NCBI RefSeq assembly: GCF_046714055.1
Contig: NZ_JBKKBJ010000273.1
Span: 1-63,770, forward strand
Source: Methyloglobulus sp.
GTDB taxonomy: Bacteria > Pseudomonadota > Gammaproteobacteria > Methylococcales > Methylomonadaceae
Direction: 5' to 3'
DNA: 63,770 nucleotides
Positions 1 to 10,776 of this stretch are shown here, in pieces (positions within the stretch are counted from its first letter, which is position 1; each line of letters starts with the position of its first letter). Position numbers and translations under genes: made by a program. The notes under the pieces are model-generated. The model did not search any database and had not been told where the DNA came from. It saw nothing but the letters and a program-made list of their open reading frames with translations.

Positions 1-215
1 AGGGCGACAGGTCGCTGTTCCTGCGCTTTGATGAAGTCGAATATGCTTGGCGAATCGTAGACCCTATCCTGCAAACCTGGGCGATTGAACGGGATTATAT
101 TGCGACTTACCCCGCCGGTTCCTGGGGGCCCGAAGACAGCCGCCGATTATTTGAGAAAGAAACGCAATCCTGGCGCAGCTCCTTAACACCCGAACCCTGT
201 AAATATGAAGCCTGA
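1..215 (+). CDS. zwf: glucose-6-phosphate dehydrogenase, 3' end (partial)
   Basis: Frame starting at nt 3 reads GDRSLFLRFDEVEYAWRIVDPIL...YPAGSWGP...EA*, the G6PD C-terminus; overlaps the pgl start. Confidence 0.93.
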   Translation, partial: GDRSLFLRFDEVEYAWRIVDPILQTWAIERDYIATYPAGSWGPEDSRRLFEKETQSWRSSLTPEPCKYEA

Positions 216-885
216 TTATAGATGGCATTATCTGGGAACCACAGAGCAGGTCGCAATAGCCGCTTGCCAACACATTCTTGATGCTGCAATTCTGGCAATT
301 GCCGAAAGAGGACAATTCAAATTAGTTTTAGCGGGGGGCACTACGCCGGAAAAAGTTTATCGTTTACTGGCTCAGTCGCAAGTGGACTGGTCTAAGTGGA
401 CTATCTATTACGGTGATGAGCGTTGTCTGCCCAAAGACCATGCCGACAGGAATAGCGTCATGGCGGAGCAAGCTTTTCTAGGCAAAGTTACCATTCCCAA
501 AGCGCAGATTTTTACCATTCCTGCCGAACTGGGGCCAGAACAGGGTGCCAACCTCTACCAGCAAGCAGTTAAAGATGCCCTCCCCTTTGACTTAGTTCTG
601 CTCGGGATGGGTGAAGACGGTCATACCGCAAGCCTGTTTCCAGGTCATCAGAATGACGCAGAAGAACTGGCACATGCTGTTTATGATTCTCCAAAACCGC
701 CATCGGAGAGGGTTTCTCTTAGTGCCAATGCGTTAGGCACGGCACAACAAGTTATTTTCCTGATTACCGGCTCGAACAAGCAAGAAGCAGTTAAACAGTG
801 GCGTTCAGGCCAGAACCTGCCAGTAGCCAGTATCGATTCAGATAAGATTGATATTTATATTGACCGGGATGCTTATCAAGGGTAG
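205..885 (+). CDS. pgl: 6-phosphogluconolactonase
   Basis: LAGGTTP, GDERC and LLGMGEDGHTASLFP motifs; follows zwf. Confidence 0.95.
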   Translation: MKPDYRWHYLGTTEQVAIAACQHILDAAILAIAERGQFKLVLAGGTTPEKVYRLLAQSQVDWSKWTIYYGDERCLPKDHADRNSVMAEQAFLGKVTIPKAQIFTIPAELGPEQGANLYQQAVKDALPFDLVLLGMGEDGHTASLFPGHQNDAEELAHAVYDSPKPPSERVSLSANALGTAQQVIFLITGSNKQEAVKQWRSGQNLPVASIDSDKIDIYIDRDAYQG

Positions 886-899
886 CACATACCCACTTC

Positions 900-1057
900 C
901 GTCGTTCCGGCAGGGATTGCCGGAACCCAGAAGCCAAGGATGGCTTATGTAGTTTTTAGTTTACATCCCTGTAATCTGGATACCGACGACCTCCACGGAT
1001 GGAGGAAGTGCGGAAGAGGATATGGAATCCTCGCCGCCATTCCCTGTCGGTATGACG
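900..1057. repeat. composite palindromic intergenic repeat (second copy at 55425-55622)
   Basis: CGTCGTTCCGGCAGGGATTGCCGGAAC...GTCGGTATGACG; 43 nt (997-1039) identical to 55562-55604. Confidence 0.85.
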
Positions 1058-1265
1058 TTGCCTTCTTTTAGCTGATGAATCTTTCTTAAGCACTTTGGGT
1101 TTCTTGTAGCTAATCTAATAACCCTTTCTCTACACCCGTCTCTGTAATACAATTAGCCGCTTTTTAGTTTGCATATATCGGCCTGTTGCCCACGATAAAA
1201 TTTTAAAAACCAGGGCTATCGGACGAGTGTGCGGTGTGTTTAATAAATTAACGAAGGTCTGTTTT

Positions 1266-2036
1266 ATGTGTTGGAGTGGAGAAGCGTCGGGGGTGTTAGC
1301 TGCTATAGGTCTAGGCACCGCAGTTTATATCGCAAAAAAGGGGGAATCAAAAGAACTGTGGATTCCGTTGACGTATTTCGCATTAATGGAACTATTACAG
1401 GCAGTCACTTATATTTACATTGACTTATGTGATAACCCCAACAACCAGATTCTTACTATGCTGGGTTACTTGCACGTCTCGTTCCAGCCGTTTTTTGTGA
1501 ATATGGTGGCGTTGTACTTCATTCCAGAGGAAATCAAAGTTAAGATACAAACGACCGTTTATACCTTATGTTCGGTTGGGACGATATTCCTGCTGTTTAA
1601 GATGTATCCGTTCGATTGGGCGGGTCACTGTGTTATTGGCACAGAAGGCTTTTGCGGCCCGGCAGTTTGCTCGGTACACGGCGCTTGGCATATTGCTTGG
1701 CAAATGCCTTTAAACGGCCTGCTGTCCTACCCTATCGAGTGGTTGAATGATTTTGATTGGGGCTTACATGTTCTAAGCTACATTCTAGTGTCTTTCATCA
1801 TGCCGATTATTTATGGCTCCTACCGATTTGTGGCTTTCCATTACCTGATGGGGCCCTGGATCTCTAGCGTCACCACGGATGACCCGAACGAATATGCGGC
1901 GGTTTGGTGTCTATTCTCCATCGCCTTGTGCGTATCGGTGATCAAGTCACCAGTACGGAAATACCTGCATGTAAAAACCTGGCCATATTACAACAAGTTT
2001 GTCGATGCTACTGAGCCGGTAGTGGTTACTCGATAG
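1266..2036 (+). CDS. multi-pass membrane protein (DUF5765-like)
   Basis: MCWSGEAS start, YFALMELLQA and AVWCLFS motifs, several TM segments; ATG 1266 preferred over GTG 1227. Confidence 0.7.
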   Translation: MCWSGEASGVLAAIGLGTAVYIAKKGESKELWIPLTYFALMELLQAVTYIYIDLCDNPNNQILTMLGYLHVSFQPFFVNMVALYFIPEEIKVKIQTTVYTLCSVGTIFLLFKMYPFDWAGHCVIGTEGFCGPAVCSVHGAWHIAWQMPLNGLLSYPIEWLNDFDWGLHVLSYILVSFIMPIIYGSYRFVAFHYLMGPWISSVTTDDPNEYAAVWCLFSIALCVSVIKSPVRKYLHVKTWPYYNKFVDATEPVVVTR

Positions 2037-2378
2037 CTTCGATGAAGTGTAACGGAATCGAAGGATAACGACTCCAGTCGCCGGACAGGGCATGTTGCCC
2101 CGTCCGCCGGGTTTCTCGTAGGGTTCAAAGATAGCGGGGCAACTTCAAAATGTTCGGGACACGGTTGCCCCTTCCCGTTAGCTCGTACTATATTTTCCAT
2201 ACTATTTTTCGCACAGTGAAGCTTGACAAATATGTGCTACCATCTAATCTTCCTTATTTAAGTCCAGGTTACGCACTCTGAATTAATCACCTATTAAAAA
2301 GTCGCAGTCAGCTGGACTATTTAAACTTGAATTTGGAGTTCGCAATAAGAAATATAACCCATAAGAAACATTATAATA

Positions 2379-2927
2379 GTGAGTGTAATGAGCCAGCAAA
2401 ATAACCCACCGCCCGAAAGCAAAGACAAAACCGACCTGCTTCCCAAACCGAATTCGGTTCTATCGTCAGGGATTGGGGCTTTAAATTTGCATCAAGTTAT
2501 GGAGGCAACGTCGGCATCCCCACCCCTTAATAAGGCTCTCTATAGCGCGTTGATTGTGGATGATAACGCTTCATTTCAAAAACTATTGGCATTAAGTCTT
2601 TCCATGCACCCACAAATAGGCGTAATTGATTTTGCTGATAACGGTGAAAATGCAATAAAAAAAGCTAACGCCCAGCAATACGATCTCATTTTCATAGATG
2701 CGATGATGCCAGGCATTGACGGTTACGAGACCTGTGCTCGTTTACGGGAAATGCCTGAGTATAAAGCTACGCCCATTATTATGGTGACTGGGTTAGATTC
2801 ACACTCAGATGAGGTAAAAGGAATCATAGCGGGCACCACAAATTACGTGACAAAGCCTGTGCAGCAGGCACCTTTCAAAGAACTCCTTGCCAGAGTGCTG
2901 ACCTTGCTAGAATATAAAAAAGATTAA
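2379..2927 (+). CDS. single-domain response regulator (receiver) with N-terminal extension
   Basis: LIVDD, DLIFIDAMMPGIDG, IIMVT and YVTKP motifs. Confidence 0.9.
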   Translation: MSVMSQQNNPPPESKDKTDLLPKPNSVLSSGIGALNLHQVMEATSASPPLNKALYSALIVDDNASFQKLLALSLSMHPQIGVIDFADNGENAIKKANAQQYDLIFIDAMMPGIDGYETCARLREMPEYKATPIIMVTGLDSHSDEVKGIIAGTTNYVTKPVQQAPFKELLARVLTLLEYKKD

Positions 2928-2999
2928 GACAACCAGATTAGATTGAGCTTCTTGCAAAACTCCCAGATAATGAAAGCAGGTAACCTCGATTTCACTGTG

Positions 3000-4040
3000 T
3001 TACATCGAGGCCACTTGATTTATAAGGCCTTTAACCCCAGCTTCCTGAGCCATGACACTTGCACACAAGAGAAACTGCCCGGTCGCACGGTTCAAATTTT
3101 CCTCTGGCTCGGTCACCTTAAAATAGTGGTTGCCTTCCAGATAATCAGTATAAAACCGGATACCCAGTTCGAATGGAACCAGGCGTATGGCGGGATAAAG
3201 GAATTGGTAGTCGCTCGCTGAAAAAAGTTCGCCCATTTCTCTAAGGTAGCTCGATAACAGTTTTTGGCAAATTGCTAGGTTAAACTCATCTGTTATTGTG
3301 TTGTGGCAACATGACCGCAAGCAATCGCCAATATCGTAGTGGATCAGCCCAGGCTTAACCGTATCCAGATCGACAAGACTGACGATGCGTTGGCTGTTTT
3401 TATCAAACAAGAAGTTATTCAGTTTAGGATCGCCATGAATAACCCTAACAGACAATAAACCTAGCTCTTTTGCTGTCTCCAGGTCATGAACGATGTGCTG
3501 AAAACGAGAGATAAAATCTGCACAATAAGGATCTTCGGATACCTTAGCCCTGTTTTTGACTTGTTGGTAATGACCTAAATACCCTGGCGTTATGTGAAAC
3601 CCCGGTAAGATATCGTACAGCTTTTCGGAATCCAGGGTATGGGTTAAACGATGGAACTGCCCCAGTGCAAATCCCACTTGTCCAGCTTGTGCAAGATTGC
3701 TGACCGTTTCCAGGCTTTCCGTGTTTTCAATAAAGCTCAACGCACGCCAATAATCGCCTAGACCGTCCCGGAAAAAATTACTGTGGGTTCTAGTCGTTAG
3801 AAGCTGGGGGATTTTTAAGGTAATCTGCGTATTGTTGACCTGCCCGATGTGCTGGTTAAGCGCCATCAGGTTAGCCATGACCTGCTCAGGCTGCGGAAAT
3901 ACGTGTTTGTTTATCTTCTGTAAAACGAACGGTTTTGTATCTGTAGTAACCAGATAGGTATCATTGATGAACCCATTACCCAAAGGATCAATACTTGCAA
4001 TCGACTTGGAAAATTGTTGGGCAATATCAAGTAGCAGCAT
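3000..4040 (-). CDS. APH/choline-kinase-fold phosphotransferase (N-acetylhexosamine kinase-like)
   Basis: GNGFINDTY, HGDPKLNNFLF and DLDTV motifs. Confidence 0.85.
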   Translation of the reverse strand: MLLLDIAQQFSKSIASIDPLGNGFINDTYLVTTDTKPFVLQKINKHVFPQPEQVMANLMALNQHIGQVNNTQITLKIPQLLTTRTHSNFFRDGLGDYWRALSFIENTESLETVSNLAQAGQVGFALGQFHRLTHTLDSEKLYDILPGFHITPGYLGHYQQVKNRAKVSEDPYCADFISRFQHIVHDLETAKELGLLSVRVIHGDPKLNNFLFDKNSQRIVSLVDLDTVKPGLIHYDIGDCLRSCCHNTITDEFNLAICQKLLSSYLREMGELFSASDYQFLYPAIRLVPFELGIRFYTDYLEGNHYFKVTEPEENLNRATGQFLLCASVMAQEAGVKGLINQVASM

Positions 4041-4047
4041 TTAATGC

Positions 4048-7000
4048 CTAATGATGCAAATGCGCCGCCAGCCAGCGGGCGGCAACTTCCTCCGCGATAC
4101 CTTTTCGCCTCGCATAATCCTGTAACTGATCCTTGTCGATCTTACCGACATTGAAATACTGCGCTTCGGGATGTGAGAAATACCATCCGCTCACCGCCGA
4201 TGCCGGATACATCGCATAACTCTCGGTCAGTTCAATACCGGTATTTTCAGTGACGTTGAGCAGTTCAAACAGTTTGCCTTTTTCGGTATGGTCAGGGCAA
4301 GCCGGATAACCCGGCGCTGGCCGTATACCCTGATAAGCTTCGTTAATTAATTGATCGTTATCGTGGGTCTCATTTTCTGCATAGCCCCAGTAGTCTTTTC
4401 TGACGACTTGGTGCATGTACTCCGCCAAGGCTTCTGCCAAGCGGTCAGCCAAGGCTTTCAGCATAATCGAACTGTAATCGTCGTGATCGCGCTCAAACTC
4501 ATCAAGTTTGGCTTCAATGCCTATCCCCGTCGTAACGGCAAAAGCGCCTATGTAATCGGCCTTGCCTGTGCCTATCGGGGCAATAAAATCGGACAGACAG
4601 TAATTGGGCCTGCCGGGGGCTTTGACATTCTGTTGACGTAAATGATGCAGCGTTTCGCGTTTTTGGGTTCGCGTTTCATCGGTAAACAAGATGACATCAT
4701 CATCTTCACTGGCCGCAGGAAAAAACCCAATCGTTGCCCGTGCAGTCAACCATTGTCCGCTAACTATCTCTTTTAACATGCGATTGGCATCGTCGAAGAG
4801 CTTTCTGGCTTCCTCTCCCACTACTTTATCTTTGAGAATGTTAGGGTAACTCCCCGCCATTTCCCAGGTTTGGAAAAACGGTGTCCAGTCGATATACTCG
4901 ACCAAAATCGCCAATGGAATATCGGTAATAACCTTTGTCCCCAAAAACTTGGGTTTGACCGGCTCGTAACGTCCCCAGTTGAATTTGTTTTGCCGAGCTG
5001 CTTGCAGCGTATGCTGCTTGGTTTTCGCTTCCCGGCCTTTATGCCGCTCCCTGACTTCTGCATATTCTTCTCGTGTAGCTTTAACAAATTCATCTTTTAG
5101 TTCGGCGCTTAAAAGATTACTAGCGACGCCAACCCCACGGGATGCGTCGGTGACATAAACCGTTGCGCCTTCATAATGCGGTTCGATTTTGACTGCGGTA
5201 TGGGCGCGGGATGTGGTTGCGCCGCCTATCATCAGCGGAATAGTAAAGCCTTGGCGCTGCATTTCTTTGGCGACATGCACCATTTCATCCAGTGACGGTG
5301 TAATCAGTCCGCTTAAGCCTATAATGTCCACGTTTTCCAGCCGTGCGGTTTGCAAAATCTTTTCGGCAGGAACCATCACGCCTAAGTCGATGACTTCATA
5401 GTTATTGCATTGCAGCACGACACCGACAATATTTTTGCCGATGTCGTGTACGTCACCTTTAACGGTTGCCATCAAGATTTTGCCGTTGGTTTGGCGATCA
5501 GCAGCCGATTTGTCTGCTTCCATGAAGGGCATTAAGTAAGCAACGGCCTTTTTCATGACCCGTGCAGACTTGACCACTTGCGGCAGGAACATTTTACCCG
5601 CGCCAAACAAGTCGCCGACCACATTCATGCCATCCATCAACGCACCTTCAATGACGTGCAGCGGCCTTTCCGCTTCCTGTCTTGCTTGCTCGGTATCTTC
5701 GTCGATGTAATCGGTAATACCTTTAACTAGCGCGTGTTCTAGGCGTTTACTCACCGCCCACTCGCGCCATTCCAGGTTTTCCTGTTTGACTTCACTGCTG
5801 CTGCCATCGCCACGGTATTTCGCCGCCAGTTCCAACAATTTGTCCGTACCGCTTCCATCGTGTCGGTTTAATACCACGTCTTCAACGGCATCACGCAAAT
5901 CACGGGGAATGTCCTCATAAATCGCTAACTGTCCGGCGTTGACAATACCCATCGACATACCCGCCTGAATGGCGTGGTATAAAAACACGGCATGGATGGC
6001 TTCACGTACTGGATTATTGCCGCGAAACGAAAAGGATACGTTGGAAACGCCGCCGGATATTAATGCGTAAGGCAGGGTTTGTTTGATCTCGCGGGTGGCA
6101 TCAATAAAATCGAGACCATAATTATTATGTTCTTCAATACCTGTTGCGATCGCAAAAATATTGGGATCGAAAATAATGTCTTCGGGTGGAAAGCCGACGT
6201 GCTCAGTTAAAATTTTATAGCCGCGTTGACAGATTTCGACTTTCCTAGCTTCGGTATCGGCCTGCCCTTCTTCATCAAAGGCCATGACGATAACCGCTGC
6301 ACCATAACGAAGCACCAGTTTGGCATGTTTGATAAAAGCTTCCTCACCCTCCTTGAGCGAAATAGAATTGACTATCCCTTTGCCCTGAATGCACTTAAGC
6401 CCGGCTTCCAAAATATCCCATTTGGAAGAATCCAGCATGACAGGAACTTTAGCAATGTCCGGTTCCGAGGCAATCAGCATCAGAAAACGCACCATCGCCT
6501 CTTTGGATTCCAACATGCCTTCATCCATGTTGATGTCGATAATCTGTGCGCCGTTTTCAACCTGTTGCTTGGCGACTTCCAGCGCCGTTTCAAAATTACC
6601 TTCAATAATCAGCCGTTTGAATGCGGCAGAGCCCGTGACATTGGTGCGTTCGCCAACATTGACAAAAAGCGTATCGGAACCAATCGACATAGGTTCAAGT
6701 CCCGCCAGTCGGCAGCGTTTTTCAATAGCAGGGATGACTCGCGGGGGATATTTTTGCACCGCATCAACAATCGCCTTGATATGTGGCGGCGATGTTCCGC
6801 AACAACCGCCGATAATATTCAGGTAACCGCTTTTCGCCCAGTCTTCCAACTCCTTAGCCATGGCTTCAGGCGATTCTTCGTATTCACCGAACTCATTAGG
6901 CAAACCAGCATTGGGATGTGCGGACACATGCGTATCGCAAATGGTGGCTAATTCGGCGATGTACTGGCGCAACTCTTTCGCACCTAACGCGCAGTTGAAG

Positions 7001-7728
7001 CCGAAAGAAATCGGTTCTACATGTTTTAACGAATTCCAGAACGCGCCCACCGTTTGCCCGGACAGGGTTCTTCCCGATGCGTCTGTAATCGTGCCAGAAA
7101 TCATCACCGGCAGTTTAGTGCCGATTTGTTCAAAAACCTGATCAACAGCAAAAATGGCGGCTTTGGCATTTAACGTATCAAAAATGGTTTCAATCAGGAT
7201 AATATCCGCGCCACCATCAATCAACCCGTGCGTTGCTTCCGTATACGCTACAACCAGTTCGTCAAATGAGATATTACGAAACCCCGGATCATTGACATCC
7301 GGCGACATCGAGGCGGTGCGGGCGGTAGGGCCTAACACACCCGCAACAAAACGCGGTTTTTCAGGGGTTTTGGCCGTGTATTCAGCGGCAGCTTGCTTGG
7401 CTATCTTTGCCGACTCAACATTAAGTTCATAAGCCAACGCCCCCATGCGGTAATCGGCCATAGAAATGCTGGTTGAATTGAAGGTATTGGTTTCGACAAT
7501 ATCCGAACCCACCTCAAAATAAGCGCTATGAATGGCTTTGATAATATCTGGCTGGGTCAGGGACAGCAGGTCGTTGTTTCCCTTAAGGTCTACATCCCAC
7601 TGGGCAAACCGTTCCCCACGGAAATCCTTTTCTTCGAGCTTATAGCCTTGGATCATGGTGCCCATGGCACCATCCAGAAACAGGGTTCGATTGGCTAATT
7701 CTCGCTTTAGCAGTGCTGATTTGCTCAT
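4048..7728 (-). CDS. metH: B12-dependent methionine synthase
   Basis: [34 protein letters not shown] and [12 protein letters not shown] motifs; 1226 aa. Confidence 0.99.
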   Translation of the reverse strand: MSKSALLKRELANRTLFLDGAMGTMIQGYKLEEKDFRGERFAQWDVDLKGNNDLLSLTQPDIIKAIHSAYFEVGSDIVETNTFNSTSISMADYRMGALAYELNVESAKIAKQAAAEYTAKTPEKPRFVAGVLGPTARTASMSPDVNDPGFRNISFDELVVAYTEATHGLIDGGADIILIETIFDTLNAKAAIFAVDQVFEQIGTKLPVMISGTITDASGRTLSGQTVGAFWNSLKHVEPISFGFNCALGAKELRQYIAELATICDTHVSAHPNAGLPNEFGEYEESPEAMAKELEDWAKSGYLNIIGGCCGTSPPHIKAIVDAVQKYPPRVIPAIEKRCRLAGLEPMSIGSDTLFVNVGERTNVTGSAAFKRLIIEGNFETALEVAKQQVENGAQIIDINMDEGMLESKEAMVRFLMLIASEPDIAKVPVMLDSSKWDILEAGLKCIQGKGIVNSISLKEGEEAFIKHAKLVLRYGAAVIVMAFDEEGQADTEARKVEICQRGYKILTEHVGFPPEDIIFDPNIFAIATGIEEHNNYGLDFIDATREIKQTLPYALISGGVSNVSFSFRGNNPVREAIHAVFLYHAIQAGMSMGIVNAGQLAIYEDIPRDLRDAVEDVVLNRHDGSGTDKLLELAAKYRGDGSSSEVKQENLEWREWAVSKRLEHALVKGITDYIDEDTEQARQEAERPLHVIEGALMDGMNVVGDLFGAGKMFLPQVVKSARVMKKAVAYLMPFMEADKSAADRQTNGKILMATVKGDVHDIGKNIVGVVLQCNNYEVIDLGVMVPAEKILQTARLENVDIIGLSGLITPSLDEMVHVAKEMQRQGFTIPLMIGGATTSRAHTAVKIEPHYEGATVYVTDASRGVGVASNLLSAELKDEFVKATREEYAEVRERHKGREAKTKQHTLQAARQNKFNWGRYEPVKPKFLGTKVITDIPLAILVEYIDWTPFFQTWEMAGSYPNILKDKVVGEEARKLFDDANRMLKEIVSGQWLTARATIGFFPAASEDDDVILFTDETRTQKRETLHHLRQQNVKAPGRPNYCLSDFIAPIGTGKADYIGAFAVTTGIGIEAKLDEFERDHDDYSSIMLKALADRLAEALAEYMHQVVRKDYWGYAENETHDNDQLINEAYQGIRPAPGYPACPDHTEKGKLFELLNVTENTGIELTESYAMYPASAVSGWYFSHPEAQYFNVGKIDKDQLQDYARRKGIAEEVAARWLAAHLHH

Positions 7729-7819
7729 TTAGTTTTTGTAAGAGTGCATTTTACTGATTATTATTGATTTAAAAGCGATCAGGCCCTATTATTTTTTGCC
7801 AGTTACCGGGAGATTCAAA

Positions 7820-8011
7820 GTGTCAAAACCAACTATTATTCAAATGATAAGAAGTATTTTAGCGGCTTTTATTGGAGTGCAGAGCGACAAGAACGGGCAA
7901 TCGGACTTCGAGCGGGGTTCCCTTACGACTTATGTGATCGCTGGCTTGGTTTTTACCATCGCATTTGTCTCTGCACTGGTTTTTGTGGTTTCCAGGGTTT
8001 TGGGCGATTAG
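7820..8011 (+). CDS. DUF2970 family small membrane protein
   Basis: SILAAFIGVQSDKN...DFERG followed by a TM helix; GTG 7820 probable start. Confidence 0.8.
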   Translation: MSKPTIIQMIRSILAAFIGVQSDKNGQSDFERGSLTTYVIAGLVFTIAFVSALVFVVSRVLGD

Positions 8012-8057
8012 CCAGCGAGACTGTGCCAGCATTATACAAATCAGGCTTTGTGCATTA

Positions 8058-8123
8058 ACCGCAGAAGACACGAAGAAAATCTTAATTAATTGAATATATT
8101 GATAATTTCGTGTTGTTCGTGGT
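8058..8123. repeat. degenerate inverted repeat (ACCxCxAAGACACGAA...TTCGTGTTGTTCGTGGT type)
   Basis: Imperfect complementary arms around an AT-rich spacer. Confidence 0.5.
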
Positions 8124-8226
8124 CATTCTTTCGAGTTTTTCTAACCATACTGCTTTCACGGTCTCCAGCTAATTCCTTCGGCATATTAAACCTTAAACCC
8201 TTACGATCCCCCCTTATTACAAGCAC

Positions 8227-8259
8227 AAAAAAAGCCCAAGCACCACTGCTTGGGCTTTT
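8227..8259 (-). terminator. intrinsic terminator (possibly bidirectional)
   Basis: AAAAAAAGCCCAAGCA-ccac-TGCTTGGGCTTTT stem with a U-tract on the minus strand, downstream of 8276-8704. Confidence 0.8.
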
Positions 8260-8275
8260 CATTATACAGACTGGG

Positions 8276-8704
8276 CTATTTATCTGGATTTTTGAAGCTA
8301 TCTTTGATACTTCTGAACATATCACCAATACCGCTGAACAAGTTAGCTTTGGTCAGTGCCTCTTTCAAGACAAACTTGGTGCGGATAAACGCAACCACAA
8401 AGAAACCTGCAATCGGGGGGAACAATTCAAAAAACACCGACATGAAAGTTCCCTTAGCGCCTTGAAAACCGCTCTCATTTTGTCTGTAGCCAACACTTAG
8501 GGGGTCAGCCTTATAACCTTCACCGCCCACACTTGCCCGCATTGATTCAATAAGGTAATTCGCTGCCCCTATCAATATGAATTGCGAAGCCAAATACGCG
8601 ACAACACAAACCATTACCCATGCGATACCATTAGTAACATTCGCCTTTGTAATTGTCTGGTAAACCCAGATCAACGCAAGAAGACCTAATATTCCACCTA
8701 TCAT
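8276..8704 (-). CDS. hypothetical membrane protein
   Basis: 142 aa with 3 hydrophobic segments; co-oriented with 8722-9111. Confidence 0.7.
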   Translation of the reverse strand: MIGGILGLLALIWVYQTITKANVTNGIAWVMVCVVAYLASQFILIGAANYLIESMRASVGGEGYKADPLSVGYRQNESGFQGAKGTFMSVFFELFPPIAGFFVVAFIRTKFVLKEALTKANLFSGIGDMFRSIKDSFKNPDK

Positions 8705-8721
8705 CGTTGCACCCTTTGTTA

Positions 8722-9111
8722 TTATATTTTAGTTAAAAAGAAGAAAAGAAACGGACACTTCAAGATCATATCAGAACCTTTTTTTTCGACAACCTTGCAG
8801 TCCTCAAATTTTTCTCGCCCTGGGGATACCTGTTTTTTTATTACACCGTCTTCAACCTTATACTTTATCGGTATAAGCATCTCCAAGGTTCTCCCGCCCG
8901 TATCTGTCGCCTTACTCATGAGAATGCCGCCACCCTGGAAATCCCACTCCACTATAACCTTTTTTTTCTCGCCGTCCAGTTTCGCTGCTTCGGCAGTCAC
9001 TTTCCATTTGCCTAAAATTTCAGATTCATCTTTCAATGCGACATCAGCATTGGCTGAAAGTGCAAAAAAAACTGCCGCTACCGGCAACATTCCCAGGTAT
9101 CTTTTGGTCAT
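8722..9111 (-). CDS. hypothetical exported protein (lipocalin-like beta-rich)
   Basis: Signal peptide ending ANA, ILGKWKV motif, one Cys pair. Confidence 0.7.
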   Translation of the reverse strand: MTKRYLGMLPVAAVFFALSANADVALKDESEILGKWKVTAEAAKLDGEKKKVIVEWDFQGGGILMSKATDTGGRTLEMLIPIKYKVEDGVIKKQVSPGREKFEDCKVVEKKGSDMILKCPFLFFFLTKI

Positions 9112-9253
9112 CTTTCAAGCTCCTCGTCAATCGGTATTAGCAAAGTGTAGATTCTAAACGATACTGCATCCGCTATCGAGCTTTAAATTCTTATATCGCA
9201 GATTTACAACGTTCAATTTTAATTTTAAGCCAATATAGACCCGTTATTCTTAA

Positions 9254-9350
9254 GGGAGCCTCTAAAAATTCAACCATCAATAAGGTTCATGCCTAATTTT
9301 CCGATTAAAGCATAACCGACGTTGTAAAAACAGGACAATAGCAACGAACT
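9254..9350. mobile_element. truncated IS5-type MITE end
   Basis: TTAA followed by GGGAGCCTCTAAAAATT, the same TIR family as 10646 and 30142; no partner end seen, right boundary approximate. Confidence 0.5.
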
Positions 9351-9456
9351 AGTGCAGCACCTATTTTCATCAGCCGTAGCGATGTCTTTGTAATACATTG
9401 ATATTTAAAATGTTATTCATAGCCTAACTGTCAATACGACAGGATGCTGCACTAGA

Positions 9457-9930
9457 TTACAATCCTAAATCGGACAATCCAGGATGATTGTCTGGCCTTC
9501 CCCCCAAAGGCCAATGAAATTTACGTTCTGTCTCGCTAATGGGTAAGTCATTGATGCTCGCTATGCGCCGTTTCATCAACCCATTCGTATCGAATTCCCA
9601 GTTTTCATTGCCATAAGAACGAAACCAGTTACCCGAACCGTCATGCCATTCATAAGCAAAGCGGACAGCAATCCGTGCATCATGAAATGCCCATAGTTCT
9701 TTGATCAAACGGTAATCCAGTTCTTTTGCCCATTTGCGCTCCAGGAATTGTTCGATTGCCTTACGCCCTTGCAGAAATTCTGCCCGGTTACGCCATATAC
9801 TGTCTACCGTATAGGCCAACGCTATTTTCTCTGGATTTCGGGCGTTCCAGGCATTTTCAGCAGCGCGTACTTTCTGGGCGGCGGTTTCTTGGGTAAATGG
9901 GGGGATTGGCGGACGGATAGTGTCATTCAT
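9457..9930 (-). CDS. DUF1348 / NTF2-like protein
   Basis: [25 protein letters not shown] and GNENWEF motifs. Confidence 0.92.
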   Translation of the reverse strand: MNDTIRPPIPPFTQETAAQKVRAAENAWNARNPEKIALAYTVDSIWRNRAEFLQGRKAIEQFLERKWAKELDYRLIKELWAFHDARIAVRFAYEWHDGSGNWFRSYGNENWEFDTNGLMKRRIASINDLPISETERKFHWPLGGRPDNHPGLSDLGL

Positions 9931-9945
9931 TGGGTTACCAGTTAG

Positions 9946-10560
9946 TTAAGTTGCAATATTTTTCGTTCTGACCTTTTCAATAATATCTTTGGCGATCATC
10001 CTGTTATTCATGATGAATGTGTGTAACGATGGGACGATTTGCACTGGAATGCCGGGCAACAGCGTTTCTTTAACCATCAAAACGCCGTCATTGGGTTCTT
10101 CAAAAGGCGAATATCGCCCTGTCAGTCCGGCATCACCGGCATAGATTTTCATCGGTATTTCGGGAACAGGCAAAATAGACATGAATTCCTGATTGGCAAG
10201 TAGCCGTCCCATTTCACCTGCCAGTAAACGATACCAAGGGCGCGGGGCAAGACGACGTGCGGCATCACAGGCTTGCGTAGGCGGTGCCAAAAAGAAACAA
10301 GCGGCTGGTTTGCAGTGCATTGTTGGTAAAACCGCCCTGGTTAGCGCTGTACCGAGGGAATGTGCAACCACTATAAACTCTTCTTCACCAACCTTCTTTT
10401 CTATAAATGCACGTAATCTTTCAGTGCAACCTTCCCAATGCTCGAAGGTTACAGTATACGCGAACAGGCTGGTTTTTATCCCTGCCGCCCTAAGGCGATA
10501 AGCCAACAAGCACATAGACAACGGCGTACGTCCCATCCCATGAATGATAATAGCGTGCAT
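9946..10560 (-). CDS. alpha/beta hydrolase
   Basis: IIHGMGR, VAHSLG nucleophile elbow, NDG and HTFIM motifs; ATG 10560 probable start. Confidence 0.85.
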   Translation of the reverse strand: MHAIIIHGMGRTPLSMCLLAYRLRAAGIKTSLFAYTVTFEHWEGCTERLRAFIEKKVGEEEFIVVAHSLGTALTRAVLPTMHCKPAACFFLAPPTQACDAARRLAPRPWYRLLAGEMGRLLANQEFMSILPVPEIPMKIYAGDAGLTGRYSPFEEPNDGVLMVKETLLPGIPVQIVPSLHTFIMNNRMIAKDIIEKVRTKNIAT

Positions 10561-10645
10561 AATGTGTTTGGATCGGTCGATCAACAATCTACCAGTCGGA
10601 AAACTAACAATAAGATTTTGCCTGATTTAAGCCCAGGGAATTTAA

Positions 10646-10776
10646 GGGAATCTCTAAAAATTCAAAAATCTCCTTCTCCCTTAGGGAGAAGGCTGGGATG
10701 AGGGGATTAGAATCAAGCAGTTATATCCCTCACCCTAACCCTCTCCCAGAGGGAGAGGGGATTATTAGAAATTCCC
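10646..10776. mobile_element. IS5-type MITE carrying a CCCTCACCCTAACCCTCTCCC-type palindrome pair
   Basis: TIRs GGGAATCTCTAAAAAT / ATTATTAGAAATTCCC (14/16 complementary), TTAA on both flanks. Confidence 0.8.

Noticed and set aside
2075-2172. Degenerate hairpins after the DUF5765-like gene
   Set aside because: Probably an eroded REP-like repeat; no second copy in the window to support a call.
7729-7819. Cobalamin or SAM riboswitch upstream of metH
   Set aside because: The intergenic region is about 90 nt and AT-rich, with no riboswitch consensus.
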